A stretch of DNA of 32,000 nucleotides from Geobacter metallireducens GS-15 (GCF_000012925.1 NC_007517.1:1140001-1172000), one strand, 5' to 3'; positions 1-8,794 are shown, counted from the first letter of the stretch. The notes: generated from the letters alone by a model not told the origin. Numbers and translations: made by a program.

Positions 1-481
1 CCCCGCATCCTGGGGGCGCCTCCTGGGCGACCCGCTCCGTCTCGCCGTCCTTGAAGTGACCGGCCTTGCCCTCGGGCTGTTCACCCTTGCCGGCATCGTG
101 GTCCTTCTGTTCAGGCGGATCGCCAGTCCGAAGGCGTGGGCGGTTGTCACGGTCATGGACTTGTTCCTGTTGGCCGTCCTTGTTCTTCAAGTGGGTACCG
201 GACTTTACAATGCTTTCGTGTATCGCTGGGGTTCCCTCTGGTATCTTTCCCTGGCCGTCCCCTGGCTCCACTCCCTGGCATGCCTGAACCCGGATATCAA
301 ATACATTGTTCCACTCCCGTTGCCGGTTAAAGTGCACCTGTTCAACGCCTTTGTCATCTTTGTTCTCTTTCCGGTCACCCGGCTGGTGCACATCGTGTCG
401 ATACCCGTTTCCTATCTCTGGCGCCCCTGGCAGATAGCTGTCTGGAATAAGCCTCCGCGTTGGATGATCCCAAGGAAGTGA
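1..481 (+). CDS. NarI/DsrM-like membrane cytochrome b subunit (nitrate reductase gamma family), 5' end outside window
   Basis: Frame is open from nt 2 with no stop. Protein is multi-helix hydrophobic. C-terminus ...FPVTRLVHIVSIPVSYLWRPW resembles NarI-family C-termini. Confidence 0.6.
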   Translation, partial: PASWGRLLGDPLRLAVLEVTGLALGLFTLAGIVVLLFRRIASPKAWAVVTVMDLFLLAVLVLQVGTGLYNAFVYRWGSLWYLSLAVPWLHSLACLNPDIKYIVPLPLPVKVHLFNAFVIFVLFPVTRLVHIVSIPVSYLWRPWQIAVWNKPPRWMIPRK

Positions 482-867
482 ACGGGATCGTGGTGGAGAG
501 CGAGCAGGGCAGGGGAACGACCGTGCGGGTCCTGATTCCGCGGACCGAGCAGATCGAACGGGCACTCGCATCGGCCCGCACGGAACCGACCCTCTTTCCC
601 CAGCACCTCCCCCCCGACATCCGCGTTCAGATCGCGCGGGCAGCCGTGGAGCAACCCGTGTCAGGGGCAGGTCCCCATCGGATCACCCAATCGCTGCCGC
701 GGCTCCAGGACTTTCGCGAAACGGTGCTCGCCCGGGCCGAAAAGGAATACCTGCGCGATCTGCTCTCCCTCACCGGCAGCGATCTCAAGGAGGCGTGCCG
801 CATTGCCGGACTGTCACTGTCGCGGTTGTACGCCCTTCTCAGCAAGCACGGCATCAAGCCTTCGTAA
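460..867 (+). pseudogene. Gene remnant: histidine-kinase HATPase_c tail joined to a Fis-type HTH tail of a sigma-54 activator
   Basis: NGIVVESEQGRGTTVRVLIP is a typical kinase G2-box/C-terminal strand. AEKEYLRDLLSLTGSDLKEACRIAGLSLSRLYALLSKHGI is a typical HTH_8. There is no ATG in all 135 codons: the ORF opens with TTG 12 nt after an in-frame stop and overlaps the upstream gene's end. Confidence 0.45.
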
Positions 868-1028
868 CGATTTCCAACCGGTTTCAGTCCCGTGATGCCA
901 CAGAATCTGTCCTCCAAAATTCTTTCAAAAAAAGTGTCGAGCTTTAATCCTTCCTTCATCTTCGCTTTGCTAGGCTGAAGTCAAAGCATGGGGGAAAACC
1001 GGAGTCGCTCCCGGAAAAGGAGGAGAGT

Positions 1029-1436
1029 ATGAAGAACTTTATTACAACCATGGCAAAGGAACTGATCGCGGCATTCGAGAGAGAGTATGCGGAGGCCGAA
1101 CAGTACAAAAGTACCGTCTCCGGAACGGTCAGAAGCCTTCCCGAAGGAATGACCGGCATCTGGGATGTGGATGGCAGGGAGGTCAACGTGCCGAAAGGGA
1201 CCTTCATCAAGGCGGATCATGGAAAGGCCGAAGTGGGCGCCTCTGTGGAGGTTGAGGGGACCCTTAGCGGCAAGACGCTGAATGCTTACCGGATTGCCGT
1301 AACGAGGGGCGCCACGGAAGCGCAGAAAATCCGCGGGGCCGTCGACAAGCTTCCGGTCGGCAAGTATGAAAAATGGAGCGCGCACAACGCGGGGATGCTG
1401 GTGGCAACGAGATGTCGCCATCAGGCAAAAGCGTGA
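1029..1436 (+). CDS. DUF5666-like protein, paralog 1; no signal peptide; second repeat appears frameshifted
   Basis: GGAGGAG RBS before the ATG. The core GTVRSLPEGMTGIWDVDGREVNVPKGTFIKADHGKAEVGASVEVEG parallels the downstream gene. A second repeat starts at IRGAVDKLPVGKYEKW and continues in another frame. Confidence 0.5.
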   Translation: MKNFITTMAKELIAAFEREYAEAEQYKSTVSGTVRSLPEGMTGIWDVDGREVNVPKGTFIKADHGKAEVGASVEVEGTLSGKTLNAYRIAVTRGATEAQKIRGAVDKLPVGKYEKWSAHNAGMLVATRCRHQAKA

Positions 1437-1519
1437 CAGGACAGAAGGTGGGGCCTGTGAGGAGGTTGAAGGCCCCAATGGGGGAGGCACGGTCGGAATC
1501 ACCGGGACAGGAGGATAAC

Positions 1520-1840
1520 ATGAAAAACTTCATCGCCATCGTGGCACTGGGGCTGTTCGTGGCGCTGGCGGCAGGAGTTACATTCGCCAGCGAGCATGGA
1601 AGGCATGAAGGAAAAGAGGCGGGACAGTATGAAAGCACGATCTACGGAACGGTCAGAAGCCTCCCCAGCGGGATGATCGGCGTCTGGAACGTGAACGGCA
1701 GGGAGGTCAACGTAACGAAAGCCACCAGTATCAAGGAAAAGCATGGAAAAGCTGAAGTGGGGGCCTACGTGGAGGTGGATGGGCACCATGCCGGCAAGGT
1801 CTTTTCCGCCGGCAAGATCGAGGTAAAAAGGGGAAAGTGA
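1520..1840 (+). CDS. Secreted DUF5666-like protein, paralog 2
   Basis: ATG at 1520 preceded by GGAGGA. Signal peptide MKNFIAIVALGLFVALAAGVTFA. The OB-like repeat GTVRSLPSGMIGVWNVNGREVNVTKATSIKEKHGKAEVGAYVEVDG is present. The 1373 start in the ORF track is rejected. Confidence 0.65.
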   Translation: MKNFIAIVALGLFVALAAGVTFASEHGRHEGKEAGQYESTIYGTVRSLPSGMIGVWNVNGREVNVTKATSIKEKHGKAEVGAYVEVDGHHAGKVFSAGKIEVKRGK

Positions 1841-1938
1841 TAGGCACTGAGTCGGGGCGGGGTCTTCCCTGCCCCGGCAACGGTTCCCTCTGGTAGAATG
1901 AAAGGAAGTCATGACCTCTGGCCTAACGGTGGCGCGAG

Positions 1939-2613
1939 ATGAAAATCCTCATTATCGAAGACGAAAAGAGAATGGCCGGGATTCTGAAAAAGGGGCTCGA
2001 GGAAAACGCCTTCATCGTCGACCTGGCCGGCGACGGTGAAGAAGGGTTGTACATGGCCGAGAACTATCCCTACGACGCGGTACTGCTCGACATCATGCTC
2101 CCGGTCATGGACGGCCTCTCGATCCTGAGCGCGTTGCGGTCGAAGAGAAGCGAGGTACCGGTCCTCCTGATCACCGCCCGGGGGGAGATCGAGAGCAGAA
2201 TAAAGGGGCTCAATTTCGGAGCGGATGACTATATCGTGAAGCCCTTTGACTTTCATGAACTCCTGGCGCGGCTGAAATCGGTGATCCGGAGGAGCAAGGG
2301 GAGACCTTCACCCCTTGTTGCAATCGACGACCTATCACTGGACACGAACTCCCGGAGCGTATGCCGCGGCGGGAGAGAGATCCGCCTGTCCGCTACCGAA
2401 TACAATCTCCTTGAATACCTGGCGCTGAACAGCGGCAGGGTAATCAGCAGGACTGAACTTACGGAGCATATCTACGACACGGACTTCGACCGCGACAGCA
2501 ACGTCATCGACGTCTATGTGAACCACCTGCGAAACAAGCTGGATAAGGGCTTTGACCGACAGCTCATCCACACGGTGCGGGGCGCGGGCTACATCCTGAA
2601 AGGCGATGCATGA
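1939..2613 (+). CDS. OmpR-family response regulator (CusR/CopR-like)
   Basis: Receiver domain (DLMLP-type LLDIMLPVMDG, K in YIVKPF) plus a winged-helix Trans_reg_C (LSATEYNLLEYL...IHTVRGAGY). Confidence 0.95.
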   Translation: MKILIIEDEKRMAGILKKGLEENAFIVDLAGDGEEGLYMAENYPYDAVLLDIMLPVMDGLSILSALRSKRSEVPVLLITARGEIESRIKGLNFGADDYIVKPFDFHELLARLKSVIRRSKGRPSPLVAIDDLSLDTNSRSVCRGGREIRLSATEYNLLEYLALNSGRVISRTELTEHIYDTDFDRDSNVIDVYVNHLRNKLDKGFDRQLIHTVRGAGYILKGDA

Positions 2614-4043
2614 GAGGGATGCCGAACTCCATACAAGGAAGGCTCTTCCTCTCGATTGTCACGTTTACGTCTCTGTTGTTCATCGCGGTCGGCGTCTTCA
2701 TCTACCGCGAGGTAAACGGGATCGTTATCGGCGCGGTTGACAGGACCCTTCACTCCAAAGTACAGGTGATTACCGGGCTCCTCCATGAGGAGGACCACAC
2801 CATTGAACTGGAGTTGGAGGAGGTTGTTTCCGGGGAATATTCCATCCCGCGGTCCGGGCACTACTTCAAGGTGATGATGAACGGGAAGCTCCTCGCCGCA
2901 TCGCCTTCGCTGGTTAACGACAGCTTCGATCTCGGCGCCGGGGCACCTGAACCTTCTGACGAAGAACTCGGAGAAGATATCTCTACCTCCGTGGGGCCTG
3001 CCGGCGAGCCGATTCGGGTGCTTCGGCACAATCTCAGCGCCTTTGGCATGACGTTCACCGTCTTTGTGGCGGAGAGCCTCAGCGACAGCCTCGATATGAT
3101 CAGCACCTTCAGACGTTTTCTCCTTCTGGTCATCCCTTCGGGGATCGTGATCGCCTCTCTCATCTGCCTGTGGATAGCACGGCAGTCGCTGGCCCCCCTC
3201 GCGATATTTTCCGGCAGGATCGAGACCATCACCCACAAAAACCTGGGGGAAAGGATCGATGCCGAATCGGAGACCCGGGAGTTGGCCGGACTGGCCGGCT
3301 CATTCAATAAGATGCTCGATCGGTTGCAAAAGGTGTTCGAGAGCGAGAAAAGACTGATCGCGGATGCTTCCCATGAGCTCAAGACCCCGGTTTCGGTGAT
3401 CAAGGTCCAGTGTGACGTGGTGCTGCAAAGGGAACGGACGCCGGAAGAGTACATTGATGCCATACAGACCATCAGGACGGTCTCCGATACTATCAGTATG
3501 ATCGTGAGGGACCTTCTCTCCCTCGCCCGCCTTGACTCAGGTGTCTTTTCGCAGGGATTTGCGGTCGTATCCCTTAACGCCTGCATCGGGAGAGCGCTGG
3601 ACATGACGAAGCCTTTTGCCGAAAAGAGACACCTTCAGGTTATCGCAGCACTGGGAGACGACGTCGCCATCCTGGGAAATGGTGAGAGTCTGACGGAGGC
3701 GTTTCTCAACATTCTCGAAAACGGCGTGAAATATAACAGGGAATACGGCATGTTGGAGATCACCGTCGTCGGGAGTGGCGCGCAAGCGGTTGTCTCCATA
3801 AAAGACACCGGCGTCGGTATGGAAAAGGAGGATCAGGCACGGATATTCGACCGATTCTACCGGGCCGACACTGCACGAAACTCCGATGGCACCGGGCTCG
3901 GCCTCAGTATAGCCAAAGCGATCATCGATGCCCACGGCGGTGCGATCACGCTGGCAAGCGAACCGGGAAAGGGAGCCACCTTTACCGTAATCTTGCCGGT
4001 CAATCACCACACGGTCGAAAAGGGAATACTACCGGGGGCCTGA
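2610..4043 (+). CDS. Sensor histidine kinase (CusS-like: 2 TM, HAMP, HisKA, HATPase_c)
   Basis: ATGA overlap with the regulator gene. H-box ADASHELKTP, N-box ENGVKYN, G-boxes DTGVGM and GTGLGLSI. Confidence 0.95.
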   Translation: MRGMPNSIQGRLFLSIVTFTSLLFIAVGVFIYREVNGIVIGAVDRTLHSKVQVITGLLHEEDHTIELELEEVVSGEYSIPRSGHYFKVMMNGKLLAASPSLVNDSFDLGAGAPEPSDEELGEDISTSVGPAGEPIRVLRHNLSAFGMTFTVFVAESLSDSLDMISTFRRFLLLVIPSGIVIASLICLWIARQSLAPLAIFSGRIETITHKNLGERIDAESETRELAGLAGSFNKMLDRLQKVFESEKRLIADASHELKTPVSVIKVQCDVVLQRERTPEEYIDAIQTIRTVSDTISMIVRDLLSLARLDSGVFSQGFAVVSLNACIGRALDMTKPFAEKRHLQVIAALGDDVAILGNGESLTEAFLNILENGVKYNREYGMLEITVVGSGAQAVVSIKDTGVGMEKEDQARIFDRFYRADTARNSDGTGLGLSIAKAIIDAHGGAITLASEPGKGATFTVILPVNHHTVEKGILPGA

Positions 4044-4287
4044 CACCGGACAAGTGGCCAGGTGCTCCGAAGACGGCGTGCGTACCGCGCCTTAACCAAT
4101 GCCTCCCGTTCTCCCGCGAAAACCTCTTTACCAGAGCGCAGGAGTCCTTCTCGCGGATCAAGCCCACCTCAGAAATCTCTTGTAGAACTGGAATCATTCC
4201 CGCGTCGCAGGAAAATCTTTAGTCCCTCCCGACAACTCGCCTGGCGCATCTATCCAGAATTGCTGCACAATCAACAATATCTCCCTC

Positions 4288-4303
4288 TGGCATGCACCAT
4301 GCT
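4288..4303 (+). promoter_or_regulatory. Sigma-54 (-24/-12) promoter candidate
   Basis: TGGCATGCACCATGCT has GG and GC at the canonical spacing of TGGCAC-N5-TTGC. It lies ~45 nt upstream of the ATG at 4347. Confidence 0.5.
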
Positions 4304-4346
4304 GTAGGGTCATTGAATACTGAGACTCAGAGCGAGGTTATTGCCT

Positions 4347-4734
4347 ATGGATGTGCTGTTCTACGCCCCTGACGGGGTTGGCGACGATATCCGGAAAACG
4401 GTCTCGGGGTTATTCCCGGCCTGGAAGTGTATCGGACAATGGGAACACTGACGGAACGCTTCCGCCGGGTGCTGGAGCAACCGGCAATAACCGTTCTGGT
4501 AGTCCGGGACAGGGATGAACTGGAGAGTCTGCATGCAATGCGAACCGCTCTCCGCGACACGAGGACCGTCCTGGTTCTTCCCGACAGACAGGCCGAGACA
4601 GTCAGTACCTGGAACCACGATTCATGAGTTACCTGGACCAGAACCCGGCGGAGGTGGCCGCCGTGCTCGGGAAAATGGTGAAGGCCGGTAACGGAAATCG
4701 GGATCCGGCAGGTGAACGGATGCCGCTGCTGTAG
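4347..4734 (+). pseudogene. Small conserved-hypothetical gene split over three frames (two apparent frameshifts), or three overlapping mini-ORFs
   Basis: MDVLFYAPDGVGDDIRKTVSGLFP... (frame 0) continues as ...LEVYRTMGTLTERFRRVLEQPAITVLVVRDRDELESL...LVLPDRQAETVS (frame 2). It then continues as ...LEPRFMSYLDQNPAEVAAVLGKMVKAG (frame 1). Each piece reads through the previous piece's stop. Confidence 0.4.
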
Positions 4735-4773
4735 TGGCGGCGGGAGCGAGGAAGAGGCAAGGAGGTTTGAGCT

Positions 4774-5223
4774 ATGGGAATGAACGGCAGAGTACTCCAT
4801 GGAGAAGCGACGCCGCCGGGCATTTGTCCGGGTGACCCCTATCACGGCAATACCGGAGAGGTTGCTGTTCCTGTGACCGACAACGGGAACTGGCTCCCGG
4901 CGGTGGAGTTTTCGGAGACGGAAGAAAGTCTCATGGTGTCGGTCGAACTTCCCGATGTTCAGGCGGAAAATGTCGCCGTGAGCGTCGACAACGAACTCAG
5001 CATCAGGGGGGAACGAGTGGAGGACGAGGTGTCGAGCGAACATCCGTCTCGCTCGGCGGTCTCGTTCTGCCGTTCCTTTCCGATGCCGGCCATATCTGGA
5101 GGAGATTACGTCCAAGAGGCGTTGCGCGTAGTCGGACCAATTACTGCGGAGAGAGGAGTTTTACGGGGGGGCAAGAATCCCCTGCTTTTCCCTAGGGTGT
5201 TCAAAAGGGAATTCAAAAAATAA
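4774..5223 (+). CDS. Hsp20/alpha-crystallin family small heat-shock protein (divergent C-terminus)
   Basis: AAGGAGG RBS. Alpha-crystallin core WLPAVEFSETEESLMVSVELPDVQAENVAVSVDNELSIRGER...SFCRSFPMP. The C-terminal GVL segment is atypical. Confidence 0.7.
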   Translation: MGMNGRVLHGEATPPGICPGDPYHGNTGEVAVPVTDNGNWLPAVEFSETEESLMVSVELPDVQAENVAVSVDNELSIRGERVEDEVSSEHPSRSAVSFCRSFPMPAISGGDYVQEALRVVGPITAERGVLRGGKNPLLFPRVFKREFKK

Positions 5224-5260
5224 AAGGGGTTACGCTGCTTTTGCGTAACCCCTTGTTATT
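5222..5260. terminator. Bidirectional intrinsic terminator between hsp20-like gene and tRNA
   Basis: 11-bp perfect stem AGGGGTTACGC / GCGTAACCCCT with a 7-nt loop, flanked by an A-run and a T-rich tail. Confidence 0.75.
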
Positions 5261-5262
5261 GC

Positions 5263-5339
5263 TGGCGGGCGGTATACGATTCGAACGTACGACCTCAGGC
5301 TTCGGAGGCCTGCGCTCTATCCAGCTGAGCTAACCGCCC
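5263..5339 (-). tRNA. tRNA-Arg (anticodon CCG)
   Basis: The reverse complement folds as a cloverleaf: acceptor GGGCGGU/ACCGCCC, D-arm GCUC/GAGC, anticodon loop CU-CCG-AA, T-loop UUCGAAU, encoded CCA. Confidence 0.92.
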
Positions 5340-5480
5340 GTGGAATTTTCATTGATACACTACAGCGCTAAAATTCTCAAGAAAAAGTTTCGTTCGCCTC
5401 AAATTAGTCGATGCCTGAGCAACGCTGTCATTTTGTGGCCTCTTTTGTTACACTGGTCAGAAAAAACGGGTGTGAGGTCC

Positions 5481-6329
5481 ATGAAAAAGCTTCTTCTCTC
5501 TCTGACCCTTACGGTGCTCCTGGGTTTACTCGGTCGGCCCGCAATAGCCGCAAACTATGAGATAAAGCTGGTCGACGAGGGGGTGTTCGCCGCCATTGCC
5601 CTTCCTGAGGGAAAGGCGGCCAGCAATGCCCTCATCATCATCACCCCCCATCAGGTTATCCTTGCCGGCGCCCACTTTGTTCCCGAAGGGATAAAGGAAC
5701 TCATTGCCGATATCGCCGAGATTACCCCGCTCCCGTTGCGCTCGGTCATCCTCACCCATCACCATAAGGGGTTCAACTACGTTGATTTCGATTTCCCCGC
5801 CAATGTCGAAATTATCACGTCATGGCAGACATGGCAGGCGCTGAAGGCTGAAACCCGGCCGCTGCGCAACCCCGTTACCTTTTTCGAGAAGGGGCTGACC
5901 CTTCTCAGGAGCAACACCACCATTGTCCTCAGTAGTGCCGACTTCGGTCACACCGAGGGGGACGTGTTTCTCTTTCTCCCCAACGAAGGGATTCTCTTTG
6001 CCTCGGATCTCTTTTACAACGACGTGGTGGGCTATATGGGCGAAGGACATATGCGGGACTGGGTGATCACCCTGGAGACCTTGGAGGCCGTGGGGGCGCA
6101 ATACGTGGTCCCGGGGCTCGGCCAGGTGACAGACCGGTCAGGCCTCAGACGCTTCCGGCTCTTCTTCAAGGATTTCCTGACAGAGGTCCTGCGCCATATG
6201 GAGGCAGGCAAGACCCTGGCCGAGACGAAGAAGCTCTTCAGGCTTCCCGCCCATGAAGGGATGCCGGGGTATAAGGCCTTCCTGGATGTGAATCTTGATA
6301 GGGCCTACCAGGACCTGCGGGACCAGTGA
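5481..6329 (+). CDS. Secreted metallo-beta-lactamase-fold protein with degenerate HxHxDH motif
   Basis: ATG at 5481 with signal peptide MKKLLLSLTLTVLLGLLGRPAIA. MBL-like blocks ILTHHHKGFNYVDF and GHTEGDVFLFLP...ASDLF. Motif 2 reads HHHKGF rather than HxHxDH. Confidence 0.6.
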   Translation: MKKLLLSLTLTVLLGLLGRPAIAANYEIKLVDEGVFAAIALPEGKAASNALIIITPHQVILAGAHFVPEGIKELIADIAEITPLPLRSVILTHHHKGFNYVDFDFPANVEIITSWQTWQALKAETRPLRNPVTFFEKGLTLLRSNTTIVLSSADFGHTEGDVFLFLPNEGILFASDLFYNDVVGYMGEGHMRDWVITLETLEAVGAQYVVPGLGQVTDRSGLRRFRLFFKDFLTEVLRHMEAGKTLAETKKLFRLPAHEGMPGYKAFLDVNLDRAYQDLRDQ

Positions 6330-6338
6330 CGCCCCAGG

Positions 6339-7034
6339 CTACTTGGCAACCGACCCGTAGAGGGGAAGCGTTATTTCCGGTTTGCCCGGGATGTCAGTGG
6401 CAATGATGATGAACCCGCTCAGGAAGCGGTCTTCGGGGCGGGGCGAGACAGTCACTGACAGCTGGGTCCTTTCTCCCGGCTTAAGGGCGTGTTTCTTAAT
6501 GGTTGCCTTTACCTGGGGCATGGGAGTGGTGACCGAGAGTATCTTGACGGTCCTTTCGCCATGATTTTCCAGGGCAACGGAGGCTTCCTTGCTGCTTCCC
6601 GCCTTGGTCTGTCCAAGATTTATCTGGTGTGGGGTCACCACCAGTTCTTCGTTGATGTTTCCCTTGATGGTAAGGGTTGTGGTGGGCGAAGCAGGGTCAT
6701 TGCTTTCAACGGTAATCGTCTTGGTTACCTTGCCGCCGAAATTTGCCGAGTCAAAGGATATTTTCAGATCCGCGCTTTTCCCCGGGGCAATGGTCTTTGT
6801 TGAAACATTTGCAACAGTACAGCCACATGACGTCTTCGTTCTGTTGATGGTGAGGGGGGAATCTCCCTTGTTCATGAGCTTGAAGACGTGCTCGAGCTTT
6901 TTGCCCTGGGATATGGAGCCGAAATCGAAAACCGGCCTGTCTACTTCCAGAACCGGGGCGGCAAATGCCGGAAGAGACAATGTCAGGATCAGGAATGCAA
7001 CAACTGCAAGGGTGTGAAGGGGGTGGCGGATCAT
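6339..7034 (-). CDS. DUF1573 domain-containing secreted protein
   Basis: AAGGAG RBS before the internal ATG (MIRHPLHTLAVVAFLILTLSLPAFA signal). Hallmark FDFGSISQGKKLEHVFKLMNKGDSPLTINRTKTSCGCTVA. Confidence 0.8.
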   Translation of the reverse strand: MIRHPLHTLAVVAFLILTLSLPAFAAPVLEVDRPVFDFGSISQGKKLEHVFKLMNKGDSPLTINRTKTSCGCTVANVSTKTIAPGKSADLKISFDSANFGGKVTKTITVESNDPASPTTTLTIKGNINEELVVTPHQINLGQTKAGSSKEASVALENHGERTVKILSVTTPMPQVKATIKKHALKPGERTQLSVTVSPRPEDRFLSGFIIIATDIPGKPEITLPLYGSVAK

Positions 7035-7131
7035 CGTTTGCTCCTTGCCCGAAGGGGATTGGCTTAATGGGAAGCCTGGATTCATACTCTTCATGTATAT
7101 AGCATAAAGGGGATGCGGTGACCATAATGAT

Positions 7132-7160
7132 TTGACCTAAGTCCTTTTCTCTGTTATAGA
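7132..7160 (+). promoter_or_regulatory. Sigma-70 promoter candidate for the zinc-ribbon/DUF3426 gene
   Basis: TTGACC - 17 nt - TATAGA, ~65 nt upstream of the ATG at 7230. Confidence 0.5.
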
Positions 7161-7229
7161 AAATGCCGAAAATCACGCCTTTGCGTAGGTTTGCCCAATG
7201 ACACGTACTTTCCACCTGCGGAGTGACAG

Positions 7230-8735
7230 ATGATTATACAGTGTGCACAGTGCAAAGCCAGATTCAGGCTCGACGATTCAAAAGTCAGTGATGCCGGGAT
7301 CAAGGTCCGGTGCTCAAAGTGCAAGCACATTTTCGTGGTGAAGAAAGAGGCGCCAGTCGAGGAAAGTGATCTTGATGTTCTTCTCCAGGGGCTGGGCTCG
7401 CCCTCTGCAGGTACTGAACTTGCCGCGGGTGCCGGGACGGTTGCGGCTGTTACCGCCATGCCCGCAGACCAGGCTTTGGAAGCAGCAACGCCTCCCCCTG
7501 CTGAAGAACCGTTTTCCTTTAGCGGTGCCCCGGAAGAGTTTTCGTCATCGGTCGTTGCAGAATCATCCGAAGATCGGGAGGGGTATTCACTCGGTATCGA
7601 GCCCGCAGAGCCGGAAAAGCCGGTGGCGGATTTCCAGGAGAACACTCGTCCGGAAGAGGCGTTCGGCGGCTTCGAGTTCGAGAAGGATGATTCTGCTGCT
7701 GCCGCCATCTCTGGTGAGGCGGGCTTTCTAGCCTCCGATTCGGCCATGTCCGAGGGGGGAGAAGAGCTGGCAGGGAGCGGCACCATCGAAGAGGAAGAGA
7801 TCAGTTTTGGCGAGGTGAGCCCCGAGGCTTTTGCCGCAGCGACCGGTGCGTCTGCTTCTGGCGTCGAAGGATCGGAAGAAGAGGAGATCTCTTTCGAGTT
7901 TGAAGAGGCTGACGCGGCTGTTTACGGAGAAAATGCCGAAGCGGAAGAGTCAGCGGCCGGTGATGTTGACTTTGGCGAAATAGATTTCGGGATTGAGGAT
8001 GCTGAATCGGAGTCAGTCAGTGGCGGTGAAAACCTGTTTTCAGCTTCCGCCGTTTCAGAACCGGAAAGTGCGCCTATGGACAAACCCGCGGGCGAGGAAC
8101 TCCCGGTAACAGAGATACCACCCATCCTCCCTGCGGCGGCGGCCGAGGGCGAAGCTCCACCCCTGAGCATTGCATCGCGCCGTAAAGGGAGATCGTTCTT
8201 GCCGTCCGTTGTCATTGCGTTTTCAGTTCTCGTGATCGTCGCCCTTGCCGGCTTCGGATTTTATTTTTTCAAAGAGGGGCCGGAGCTCCTCAACAGGCTG
8301 GGTGTCGGTTTTCTTGCCGAGTGGTTTGGTGTGGAGGGTCGCGAGGAGGGGGTGATTTCCCTCGATAAGGTTGGCGGCACCTATCTTGTCAATTCCGAGG
8401 CTGGAGAGGTGTTTGTCATCCGTGGGGAGGCGGTGAATAATTACCGCAAGTCCCGGGCTGCCATTCAGGTTCGCGGCGCGCTATTGGCGGCAGGTGGTCA
8501 GGCGGTGGTGCAGAAGGTTGCCTATTGCGGCAACAATCTCACCGACGAGCAGATAAAAACACTTCCGTTCGCGCGGATTGAAGCGGCCATGGGAAACCAG
8601 TTCGGCGATTCTCTCGCGAACCTTGGCGTCCAGGCGGGCAAGCGGATACCTTTTGTTATCGTGATTGCCAAAATCCCGAAGGATGTTGTCGATTACGCTG
8701 TAGAGGTGGTCGGTTCGACAGTGGCAAGCCAGTAG
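7230..8735 (+). CDS. MJ0042-type zinc-ribbon protein with acidic low-complexity linker, one TM helix and DUF3426-like C-terminal domain
   Basis: N-terminus MIIQCAQCKARFRLDD...VRCSKCKHIFVV (CxxC...CxxC). ~270 aa D/E/A/S-rich region. TM segment FLPSVVIAFSVLVIVALAGFGFYFF. The C-terminal domain has the shape of DUF3426. Confidence 0.8.
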   Translation: MIIQCAQCKARFRLDDSKVSDAGIKVRCSKCKHIFVVKKEAPVEESDLDVLLQGLGSPSAGTELAAGAGTVAAVTAMPADQALEAATPPPAEEPFSFSGAPEEFSSSVVAESSEDREGYSLGIEPAEPEKPVADFQENTRPEEAFGGFEFEKDDSAAAAISGEAGFLASDSAMSEGGEELAGSGTIEEEEISFGEVSPEAFAAATGASASGVEGSEEEEISFEFEEADAAVYGENAEAEESAAGDVDFGEIDFGIEDAESESVSGGENLFSASAVSEPESAPMDKPAGEELPVTEIPPILPAAAAEGEAPPLSIASRRKGRSFLPSVVIAFSVLVIVALAGFGFYFFKEGPELLNRLGVGFLAEWFGVEGREEGVISLDKVGGTYLVNSEAGEVFVIRGEAVNNYRKSRAAIQVRGALLAAGGQAVVQKVAYCGNNLTDEQIKTLPFARIEAAMGNQFGDSLANLGVQAGKRIPFVIVIAKIPKDVVDYAVEVVGSTVASQ

Positions 8736-8756
8736 CGTTCGAGAAATAATTGATTG

Positions 8757-8785
8757 AAGGCCGGATTCGTTCCGGCCTTTTTTTA
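8757..8785 (+). terminator. Intrinsic terminator
   Basis: AAGGCCGGA-ttcg-TTCCGGCCTT followed by TTTTTT. Confidence 0.75.
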
Positions 8786-8794
8786 TGGACGCGC

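Noticed and set aside
4345-5115. 256-aa minus-strand ORF
   Set aside because: Arg/Ser-rich with no RBS. It is antisense to the Hsp20-like gene and the small plus-strand ORFs that follow a sigma-54 promoter.
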